Shown here piece by piece: positions 8,249-16,054 of a stretch of DNA of 36,948 bases (within the stretch, counting starts at the first letter, position 1; every line of letters begins with the position of its first letter). Origin of the DNA: Chamaesiphon sp. (GTDB lineage: Bacteria > Cyanobacteriota > Cyanobacteriia > Cyanobacteriales > Chamaesiphonaceae); assembly GCA_965246715.1 (NCBI GenBank), contig CBDFFH010000010.1:1-36948 (forward strand), read 5' to 3'. The translations under genes were made by a program, and so were the position numbers. The notes below the pieces were generated by a model. The model was given only the letters and a program-made list of their open reading frames with translations. It did not search any database and had not been told where the DNA came from.

Positions 8249-9022
8249 ATGAATAGTGATGTTGGCGATATTAATTTATTAGAAAATGAGATAGATGTAT
8301 TTTCACTTTATACAGGTAGTAAAGATGAATATTTGCAGAATTATGAAGCATTAGGAAAGCTGAAGGAAGAATGTGACTCACTAATTGCCAAAGCTGCGAT
8401 TAGTATCGGTGTTAGTTCGATGGCGTTATTAGCTCCTATCCCTTTACTGGTAACGCTACCTGTGTTTTTGTTGGGGGGTATATCTGCTGAATATTTAATT
8501 AGAGTTGGTAGGTTGTATGAAATTACAAAATTGTTATTAGAAGCCTTTGGTAATGAAGGTGTCAAAATAACGCCACGAGTTAAAACTGATGAGGGAATTA
8601 TCGATTTACTTGTGAAGATGCCTAGCAAACAAGCATTTGCTTTAACACTAAGATCTAAAGGTGATGCTAAGGTAAAGTGGCGGGAAGATCGGCAAGACTT
8701 TTTTGTCAGTAGAAAGGGAAAAAACGGTAAGAATCCAACGAGTAAGTGGTCTGATATTGTCAAGGAAAGCCAAAAATCAGATTTAATACTCAGAACACTC
8801 AAGAAGCAAAAAAATCCGCTATTAGGATCGTCTACAAATGAGCGAAACAAAGCAGTAATTAAGGCTTTTGTGTTGATGGGCGACACTAGACTCGATGTTA
8901 ATAATGACAAATCACTGTTTGTAGATTATCGCGAATCGAAAGTTTTGCGCGTACATACAGGTGTAGTGACTTATGTGCTAGAGCAGAAAGATCTGATTAA
9001 TTTTTTGCAACTGCCTGAATAA
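8249..9022 (+). CDS. Hypothetical membrane-anchored protein with a possible PD-(D/E)XK/NERD-like C-terminal domain
   Basis: Hydrophobic hairpin (AAISIGVSSMALLAPIPLLVTLPVFLLGG), then GIIDLLVKMP...FALTLRSKG and a basic C-terminus; AT-rich. Start uncertain. Confidence 0.6.
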   Translation: MNSDVGDINLLENEIDVFSLYTGSKDEYLQNYEALGKLKEECDSLIAKAAISIGVSSMALLAPIPLLVTLPVFLLGGISAEYLIRVGRLYEITKLLLEAFGNEGVKITPRVKTDEGIIDLLVKMPSKQAFALTLRSKGDAKVKWREDRQDFFVSRKGKNGKNPTSKWSDIVKESQKSDLILRTLKKQKNPLLGSSTNERNKAVIKAFVLMGDTRLDVNNDKSLFVDYRESKVLRVHTGVVTYVLEQKDLINFLQLPE

Positions 9023-9069
9023 TTGCGATCTAGATAGGTAAATTCAGAGTATTATAGATAAGTATTAAA

Positions 9070-9185
9070 ACTATAAAACCCCCCTCACGCCAGTGAGAGA
9101 GGGTTTATGGCAGTCCTTAACGACCTTGTTTCGTCACCAGATAGACCCTGGATCGCGAAAAAATACTTTCTTTAGCAGAGTTAGT
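9070..9185 (-). ncRNA. Putative counter-transcribed RNA of the rep leader
   Basis: Minus-strand extended -10 TGGTATAAT (9200-9192) with CAGACA at the -35 position (9220-9215). The hairpin at ~9079-9102 pairs better on the minus strand (G-U pairs) and is followed by TTTTATAGTTTT. Confidence 0.5.
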
Positions 9186-9287
9186 ATTGACATTATACCA
9201 AGTATTGAGTGTAATGTCTGCCCCCTCACTAGAGTCTAGTTAAAAAGACTAGCCTGTACCGAGGGTTCGCGATTCGAGATTGGTTTT

Positions 9288-9316
9288 TTGGTGACTCCAG
9301 CGAGGGGAGTCATCAA
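9288..9316 (+). promoter_or_regulatory. Hairpin sequestering the rep ribosome-binding site
   Basis: TTGGTGACTCC (9288-9298) pairs with GGAGTCATCAA (9306-9316), ending directly before the ATG at 9317. Confidence 0.6.
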
Positions 9317-11527
9317 ATGAAATTATCACCAAAAACCCAAGCATTAGACCTAGCCACGCAACTACCCAAACTGTTTCACCACAACAACTTCGGGTATATA
9401 GAAGCAGACAACCAGCTCAAACCAGACTGGCTGACCAAAACAGAGTATCCGCTATCATCTGGCGAACTAGTGCAGCTATTTCTCGACGAGCACAAGCTAA
9501 TCGGCGTAGGGTTTGGCAAGACGACCAAATACATCATGCTCGACATCGACTGGTCGAGCAAATACCACCCAACCCATGACATCGACCAATTTCGAGCAAT
9601 CCTCAACACCCTAGAGACAATCGGACTAACCAGACACCTAGTAATCAGAAGCAGCGACAGCGGCGGAATCCATATTTATTTCCCAATACCAGAAGAAGTC
9701 CCTACCTTCTGGTTAGCAGCCTCCGTCCGAGTTACCCTCACCGATGCAGGGTTTGAAATCAAAAATGGACATCTAGAAATACTTCCCAACACCAAAGCCT
9801 ACGCCAAAACAGAGACAGGTGAATTCATCCATTACAATCGGCACCGGATACCGCTCCAGCCTCAAAGCGGGTCATATTTGCTCGAAGACGACGGACTCAA
9901 CCCCCAACCCATCCCAAATACCACCGAAGCTCAACTAGCAGAATTCTTCCACCAATGGGACATAGCAGCAGCCGGACAGGATCTCGAACTGTTAAAACAG
10001 AAACTGCCCCAGCTATATAAGAAATTTTTAAAGCGGAAAAACCGATTTAAATATCAGAGTAGCGAAGAGAAAACGGAAAAAGCCAAAAAATGGGAAGCAG
10101 CACTAGACCTGAGTATCAAAATCGGCTGGACGGGATGCGGACAAACATATAACCTACTGCCCAAATTTCTAGCCAAAGCAGTAGTATTCCTGAAACTCAC
10201 AGGCGAAGCACTATATGAATGGATATATCAGGCAATAATCAACGCAGTAGGATACCAGCAATACTGCCGACACCAGCACGAGATCGAGAAAATGATTCGG
10301 TCGTGGATTAAAACCAACGAACGAACCGGATATTATTCCCCATATCGTTCACAACCAGACCGAAACCAGCCATACCCATTTGGCGACCGAAAACTCAAAG
10401 CCAAAACAGTCAGAAAACCACATACCGCCAACATCAAACGGTCGGACGAAGCAGCTATCCGGATCAAAGTAGCGTATGAGAACATCAAAGACCGATTTAC
10501 AGCAGAAACCACAATTACACAAATGCGCGACCAGCTACGCGCAGAAATCCAAGCAAAGTATGGAGTAGGTATAGGTACAAATACCCTCAGCCGTCATAAA
10601 AATATCTGGCATCCAGAACACAATCTCGGAGACAATACTAGTCCCACTGAAAAAATCGAGCAAAGCCCAGGAACCTTAACAGACAAGGACTTGAGCGAAT
10701 GTATCGACACCCCCAAAATCGACCTTAAACCGACTCAAACTCATGTTCAGAGCCAAGAGTACTACTCCCAAATCCCTATGATAGGTTGTGGGGATTTCGA
10801 TCCAGTTAGTCCCGATCTAACCACCGATCCTTCTCAGACATCATCTACTCAACCCCACTCATTAGAGAGTGAATTAATACTAGAGGTAGAGCAGGATTTA
10901 ACTAGTTACACTAAGCACTACAATTTGCCGCCCGATAAAGTTGTAACACAAAAGCCAGGAAAACTTGAGGTACTAGGAACAGCATTGAGCAAAATTGCCA
11001 CCTTAGCCGCTCTAGTTGTCAACATGATGGCAGGAGTCAAACTCGTTGGCGTAGCCTCTCCCTCGGAGAATCCAGAACCAACCATCGCGGCGGAAATTGC
11101 ATCAGATCCAGCCACACTGGGGGTAATGACAGAAATCGTTCCTTCATCCTCAGCTACCACCCCAATTCAAGCTGGAGAGGTGCCGCTGCGCCCGTGTGAC
11201 GGAGCCGTGCGCGAACGGTTTTCACCGACACCGCCAACAGCCGCGACCGCAGAGCGTCCGAGCGAGTCGATTGCTACAATCGTGGAACCGTTGCCCGTAT
11301 CGCCAGAGGCGAGGCTTCGCCAACGCACAGCGTCGGCTCTGCCGAATCGATCGCCGCTGGAGCCGCCCAAACCACCCGCACAGGTAAAAACCCCATCAGC
11401 GGAAATCGGACACCATCACGGGCGAAATTGCCCCAAATGCAAAATATCTACACCATTGTCTGAGCTAGAACGATGGGAGATGTGTCGATTCTGTGCCACC
11501 AAAATCTTGTTTAAACGAAAGCAATGA
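9317..11527 (+). CDS. Putative plasmid replication protein with N-terminal AEP primase-polymerase-like domain
   Basis: Motif I IMLDID, motif II RSSDSGGIHIYF, then LEILPN..R.PLQ; central helical domain, long Pro/Thr-rich tail, terminal CPKC...CRFC zinc finger. Confidence 0.7.
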   Translation: MKLSPKTQALDLATQLPKLFHHNNFGYIEADNQLKPDWLTKTEYPLSSGELVQLFLDEHKLIGVGFGKTTKYIMLDIDWSSKYHPTHDIDQFRAILNTLETIGLTRHLVIRSSDSGGIHIYFPIPEEVPTFWLAASVRVTLTDAGFEIKNGHLEILPNTKAYAKTETGEFIHYNRHRIPLQPQSGSYLLEDDGLNPQPIPNTTEAQLAEFFHQWDIAAAGQDLELLKQKLPQLYKKFLKRKNRFKYQSSEEKTEKAKKWEAALDLSIKIGWTGCGQTYNLLPKFLAKAVVFLKLTGEALYEWIYQAIINAVGYQQYCRHQHEIEKMIRSWIKTNERTGYYSPYRSQPDRNQPYPFGDRKLKAKTVRKPHTANIKRSDEAAIRIKVAYENIKDRFTAETTITQMRDQLRAEIQAKYGVGIGTNTLSRHKNIWHPEHNLGDNTSPTEKIEQSPGTLTDKDLSECIDTPKIDLKPTQTHVQSQEYYSQIPMIGCGDFDPVSPDLTTDPSQTSSTQPHSLESELILEVEQDLTSYTKHYNLPPDKVVTQKPGKLEVLGTALSKIATLAALVVNMMAGVKLVGVASPSENPEPTIAAEIASDPATLGVMTEIVPSSSATTPIQAGEVPLRPCDGAVRERFSPTPPTAATAERPSESIATIVEPLPVSPEARLRQRTASALPNRSPLEPPKPPAQVKTPSAEIGHHHGRNCPKCKISTPLSELERWEMCRFCATKILFKRKQ

Positions 11528-11550
11528 TTTGAAGTGGGTTATAACTTGCA

Positions 11551-11588
11551 AATCGGAGATAAATATCATTTGATATTTATCTCCGATT
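11551..11588. terminator. 18-bp-arm perfect palindrome between convergent genes
   Basis: AATCGGAGATAAATATCA-TT-TGATATTTATCTCCGATT. Confidence 0.6.
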
Positions 11589-11610
11589 GCTCTATTTTAT
11601 CATTTATTTA

Positions 11611-12063
11611 CTAGATACTGACACTTAAATTTTCAGTTGCCAACCATTTAACTACTCGCTCTGTTTCCGCGCGATCGCCGAAAGAAAACCATGATGCTTG
11701 CTCTGATTGATACTCCGAACGACGAAGTACATCTTTAAAGCGACCGAAAGCCCCTTTGCCCTTAATAGCAACACTTAAAAGATCGCGGAGTTTTTCATCT
11801 GTAATAGTTTCAATGAAATCTACCATATCTTGATAACCATCCCGCGATCCCAGGTGTGGAATCGATAAATAGCGATGCTCTAGCTCCTCTGGTATTTCGC
11901 CATCATCATCATAAGGGATATCTTCGTTGGGATATTCTGGAGTACCCACCAGGACTTCCCCAGTCTCACGATCTACATATCCATACATTGCCCCCATTCC
12001 ATCTAATTCAGAACTCATAACTTGAATAATGGAATCGATACCGTCTTTCAAAACTAATGTCAT
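11611..12063 (-). CDS. UPF0158 family protein
   Basis: YVDRETGEV, RYLSIP...SRDGYQDMVDFIETI.D..LRDLL..AIKGKGAFGRFKDVL. Confidence 0.88.
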   Translation of the reverse strand: MTLVLKDGIDSIIQVMSSELDGMGAMYGYVDRETGEVLVGTPEYPNEDIPYDDDGEIPEELEHRYLSIPHLGSRDGYQDMVDFIETITDEKLRDLLSVAIKGKGAFGRFKDVLRRSEYQSEQASWFSFGDRAETERVVKWLATENLSVSI

Positions 12064-12179
12064 TTTTAGATCTCCATTGCCTGCTTTTTCTTAAAATTTC
12101 TCACAGGTAATGGAGATTATTATAAGTGTCGGATGAGAATAAGTGCAAAAACTCTTGAAACTTAGTAATACTCTAGATA

Positions 12180-12530
12180 TTAAATAACTGTTACTTTCAG
12201 CTTACCTTGACTGCTAGAAGTTGAGAGAGGTTTCAAGACAACTTCTAAATCTATCCTCAAAATATTCAGATATCGGAATAGGTGTTCGATAGTTAATTCT
12301 GTCAATCGACCGCGACTTAAATTAGATAACATCGGATCGTCTAGATTCAGTAAATCTTTGACTTGGATACAGGTTAACTCTCTACTTTTAATTGTCTGAT
12401 TAATTTGGCGAACTAATTCAGATTTAAATTGCATCTCTTCGGCATTATCGAAACCAATGTCAGCGAAGACATTGCCACTACCGATCTCAAACTCGATGTT
12501 ATCCTCAATGTCAGAGCGATTAATTGTCAT
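12180..12530 (-). CDS. XRE-family HTH regulator (HTH_37, antitoxin-like)
   Basis: GSGNVFADIGF.NAEEM..KSEL...I...I..REL...SNL.RG.L...TIE.LFRYL..L..D.EV. Confidence 0.82.
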   Translation of the reverse strand: MTINRSDIEDNIEFEIGSGNVFADIGFDNAEEMQFKSELVRQINQTIKSRELTCIQVKDLLNLDDPMLSNLSRGRLTELTIEHLFRYLNILRIDLEVVLKPLSTSSSQGKLKVTVI

Positions 12531-12913
12531 TTGCCGCCGGATTCCTGTTTGGTTTTAGATCTCGTACCAGCAGAAAGCATTTTTTCCCCGAAAGGATATG
12601 GCTGCTCGACCTTTCTTCTTTTGCCATTTTGGTTATAGTACTCAGTCTTCTTATTTACAGCAATATGGAGGCGAATTATCGATTTTATTCTGCGCTTCTC
12701 AGGGCAATATTCTTGAAAGCCAGGGGAGGTGCGGATCTTCTCATACATCCACTCAAATAAAGGCTCTCCCTCCAGTTGCAGAAAGATTACACCGTAGGCT
12801 AAAAATCTGGGGACGATTTTAAATGTGGATTCGCCAAACAACCAACCATCCTCATTTATCGACAGTTCGAGGTTTTCCTGCCACTCTTGATACTTTTGTG
12901 ATTTAACTGCCAT
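12527..12913 (-). CDS. Stand-alone paralogue of the central helical domain of the Rep protein
   Basis: Aligns by eye with the Rep segment encoded at ~10075-10390 (LSI..GW, P.FLA..V.FL.L.GE.L.EW.Y, G.Q.YC, YY, QPYPFG). ATG at 12913 preferred; ATGA overlap with the HTH gene. Confidence 0.75.
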   Translation of the reverse strand: MAVKSQKYQEWQENLELSINEDGWLFGESTFKIVPRFLAYGVIFLQLEGEPLFEWMYEKIRTSPGFQEYCPEKRRIKSIIRLHIAVNKKTEYYNQNGKRRKVEQPYPFGEKMLSAGTRSKTKQESGGK

Positions 12914-13074
12914 ACGTTCTCGTGCCGTTCGAGAGATGTAAATTAATCTAGGTATAACCCCGAACAAACCGCCTACTTAGGGCAGCTACAGGATCTGCAC
13001 GAAAACCTGCTGTGGTAGCGATCAAAGGCGCATTCTATTAGTCCTCGAACAGAAAACCCAAGCAGTTGGATAGC

Positions 13075-13785
13075 TTACTTCCAAAACCACCACCCCATAA
13101 TCTTCAAACCAGGAACTAGAAATCCCACAACTGAAGCGACAATAATTAACCAACCCGCAAACTTTAATTCATTATTGTAATCATCCTGAAGTGCATAAAT
13201 CCCCAATCCAAGAAAAGGTGGCAGTGATAGCGCAATCGCAATCTGCCACCCATAGATAGTTTGAAAAGCCTGGACTTGCTTAGGATGTGTGAATACGAAC
13301 CGATACACGCCAGAATCGATTAAGATCCCTAAAATAAGTAACGCAGCAGCAATCATTCCACCGCCCCAAAGTGACAGCATCCCTCGACCTAATTCAATCC
13401 TCTTAAACGCAGCACCAGCACTCCGACCGACATCAGCTCTAATATCGGCACGAATATTCGGAAGTAGAGTCAGCACAGCATCATTAATTCGCGTCTGTGC
13501 CTGAATCGCTCCCAAATCAGCCGTCGCCTTCAAAGACTCCCGTTCCGCATCAGCAGCTTCCTTAATCTGCTGGGGAATAGCTGCAAACTCACCTCGATAA
13601 GATTCAAGCGTCTCACCCAAGCTCCATTTATTAGCTTCGAGCATCGAGATAATCATCCAAAGCGCGTCATTATTTCCAAACCGATAAGAATCACTCGCAT
13701 GGAGCAACTGCTGAATTTCACCATCTGTTAACGGACGGCGGAGATATCTTTCCGCACCACCGATGAGATCTTCTCTACTACTCAT
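13075..13785 (-). CDS. mobE: MobE-like (TraM-like) membrane-associated mobilisation protein
   Basis: L.R.L.D.E.Q.L.......NNDALWMIISMLE N-terminus and C-terminal TM helices; third gene of the mobCDE operon with ATGA overlap. Confidence 0.65.
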   Translation of the reverse strand: MSSREDLIGGAERYLRRPLTDGEIQQLLHASDSYRFGNNDALWMIISMLEANKWSLGETLESYRGEFAAIPQQIKEAADAERESLKATADLGAIQAQTRINDAVLTLLPNIRADIRADVGRSAGAAFKRIELGRGMLSLWGGGMIAAALLILGILIDSGVYRFVFTHPKQVQAFQTIYGWQIAIALSLPPFLGLGIYALQDDYNNELKFAGWLIIVASVVGFLVPGLKIMGWWFWK

Positions 13786-14459
13786 AGTTTGACGACCAAA
13801 TCGAACATTTTCTTACACTCACCCCGCCATCTAAGTAGCTCCGCTCTATTCCCAAGCGGCATCTCAGCTATTGCCTGAGCGATCGTCCTCCGGTCATTGT
13901 AAAGCACCCGCGACACCCGCTCCGCCAATTCTCCCAACATCAGAGATTTCCCCTGCTTCTCGACCGCCTTTCTAACCCCCGAACTATTATAAAGTGCAAA
14001 CTCATCTTCATCCCCAAACATGCCATTCCGAACTACATGAATAGTCGTTCCCTGCATCACCTCCATATACTGCTTGAGTAACTCCACACTGTCACGTTGC
14101 ATGTTGATCGTCCAAAAAGTAATCAAACTCCGATCTAAGTCCTTTAAAACACCGCGCAGGTTTTCACCATATTTACTGACTCCATCATTACTCCGTGCCG
14201 CTCCGTTAATGACGATCGTCTTATCCCGATGTTCCTCGCAGAGATTGACCAGATCGATCCACCCATTAGCCTTATCCAGATTTAAAATCTGAGCTGGGAC
14301 AGACTCACCGTATGACTTAAACACATCAGGATTGCTGGTATCAGTTTCAATTAAATAACAGTCCTTGCCAATCTCGCACAGATAATCGACAAGTGCCATC
14401 GATACGATACTTTTACCAACCCCACCCTTGCCACCACCAATCATGTAAATCGGATTCAT
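13782..14459 (-). CDS. mobD: MobD-like (TraL-like) P-loop NTPase
   Basis: IYMIGGGKGGVGKSIVSMALVDYL, LIETDTSNPDV, GWIDLVN, QRDSVELLK, HVVRN. Confidence 0.8.
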   Translation of the reverse strand: MNPIYMIGGGKGGVGKSIVSMALVDYLCEIGKDCYLIETDTSNPDVFKSYGESVPAQILNLDKANGWIDLVNLCEEHRDKTIVINGAARSNDGVSKYGENLRGVLKDLDRSLITFWTINMQRDSVELLKQYMEVMQGTTIHVVRNGMFGDEDEFALYNSSGVRKAVEKQGKSLMLGELAERVSRVLYNDRRTIAQAIAEMPLGNRAELLRWRGECKKMFDLVVKL

Positions 14460-14471
14460 CTATCTATCTCC

Positions 14472-14879
14472 TTACAGATCTACCGAGTCAGGTCTAGGTA
14501 AAGATTTACTCTTAGAGTGACTCTTCTGATTATCCCCTGTCACCTCAACTTTTGCAGCGGGAGACGATTCAGCTTCTAGTAGTGTTGGCGATGTGGGCAA
14601 TGTTTTCGATAGCTCCTGACCAGTGGCTTTAGGCTTAGTAGGAGTCTTAATCTTTTGCAGATAGCTCTTGAGCGTTGGTGTAGAGATATCCAATCCTTCA
14701 CCCTTCAAACTACTAGCGATTTGCTCCAAAGTATAGCCGCGCTTCTGGAGCGACTTAATCTCTTTCGCCAACATCTTCACCACCTCTTGTTTTGTCAAAT
14801 CCTTTGGTGGTGGTTCGATAGCAGGTAACGCCCGCAACTTACTAGCAATTGCCTCAACCTGCTCTAATTTATAGCCCAT
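14472..14879 (-). CDS. mobC: MobC-like (TraK-analogous) oriT accessory protein
   Basis: Y.LEQVE.IA.KLR.LP.IE....TKQE.VK.L..EI.SLQ.RGYTLEQIA..L.GEGLDI.TPTLKSYL; divergent from the relaxase operon across oriT. Confidence 0.75.
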   Translation of the reverse strand: MGYKLEQVEAIASKLRALPAIEPPPKDLTKQEVVKMLAKEIKSLQKRGYTLEQIASSLKGEGLDISTPTLKSYLQKIKTPTKPKATGQELSKTLPTSPTLLEAESSPAAKVEVTGDNQKSHSKSKSLPRPDSVDL

Positions 14880-14944
14880 CTAAATAACTCCTACCCCAGA
14901 TCGTTTTAACCCAAGTATACTTCACCCTCAAGTCAACCACCACT

Positions 14945-14988
14945 GAGCATTCACCGAACATTTACCGAGCATTCGGAGAATATTTACC
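14945..14988 (+). repeat. Four imperfect 11-bp tandem repeats upstream of mobC
   Basis: GAGCATTCACC GAACATTTACC GAGCATTCGGA GAATATTTACC. Confidence 0.7.
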
Positions 14989-15309
14989 ACCTTATTTCAT
15001 TATACCGAAAACCCGCAACTCGACTAATAGCCACTCGACTAGACCATAGCTCAGATCGTCTGCTTACCCCTATTCTATACACCACATACCCCATACTATC
15101 TCTACCCTCTATCCGCTCACCCATGCCTCATCATCATCATCCCAAACCTCATTCCACCGTTCGCTGTAGACTTTCGCCCTAAAACTCTATCCCTAAAACC
15201 TCCAAAATCTAGCAACCAAAACAGCCCCCAAACCTGCGTAAATTGTAGTAAAATCATAATCCTGCAAAAGATAACAAGATGGTACCTGCTATACGCAGCC
15301 ACCCGCCTT

Positions 15310-15365
15310 CCATTCGTCGCTAAAGCTCCTCACTCCAGGCTATCTTGTGGGGATTGCATCCCCTA
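15310..15365 (+). other. Putative oriT nic region
   Basis: Lies between divergent mobC and mobB/mobA. TATCTTG at 15341-15347 resembles the IncP-type YATCCTG nic core and is followed by the GGGGA-TTGCA-TCCCC hairpin. Confidence 0.55.
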
Positions 15366-15581
15366 ACCCCTGCCGATCGCTCCCGACAAGATCTAACAGT
15401 GGCGATCGCTCTTTCGTCTAAGCCATAGTTTAATTATACTCGACCCAACAGAGCCTAATCCCTGCCAACTGAAGAACGCACTTGCCGATCCGATTCAATC
15501 GCAGCGGCAGGGATGGGCGGCGATGGGTTCCTCAATCGTAATAATGTTTCCCCTCAAATTCCCAATCTCCCTTAATAAATT

Positions 15582-15893
15582 ATGACATTCAAACGCACTC
15601 AAGCCGAACCCCTCACCTGTCAATGCAACATCCGCTTCACCCCCAGCGAATTCGACGAACTAAAAGAAGCCGCCAGCATCGCAGGCATTACCGTTAGTAC
15701 CTACGTCCGCCAACGCGCCCTCGGTCGGCGCATCGCCGCCAACACCGATCTGATTGCCATCCGCGAACTCCGTCGCATCGGGGGCTTACTCAAACATATC
15801 CACAACGAAAGCGGTGGCGCATACAGTGACCTGACCGCCGACACCCTCACCGAAATCCAGAAAGCGATCGTTAATATAGGTAGCAGTTACTAG
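15582..15893 (+). CDS. mobB: RHH relaxosome accessory protein (MobB/TraJ-like)
   Basis: IRFTPSEF..LK..A..AG.TVSTYVRQRALG..I....D...IRELRRIGGLLKHIH. Confidence 0.8.
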   Translation: MTFKRTQAEPLTCQCNIRFTPSEFDELKEAASIAGITVSTYVRQRALGRRIAANTDLIAIRELRRIGGLLKHIHNESGGAYSDLTADTLTEIQKAIVNIGSSY

Positions 15894-16054
15894 CGATTGA
15901 TAGTTGGTGAAGAGAAGGTTAAAGGGGAAAGGGAACGAGACGATCGATCTAATCAATCGATTTCCACTCCACCAAGTTACTTACCCAAAAAATCCTCAAA
16001 CTGGAACAGTAATATCCAAAATCACAAGTCACGCTCGGCAAACGAGTAAAAATT

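Noticed and set aside
8341..8910. 189 aa minus-strand ORF and the many other short overlapping ORFs in the track
   Set aside because: Antisense or alternate-frame shadows of better-supported genes, with no recognisable motifs.
13782..14459. Second ParA/MinD partition gene
   Set aside because: Motifs and position in the operon divergent from the relaxase fit MobD/TraL.
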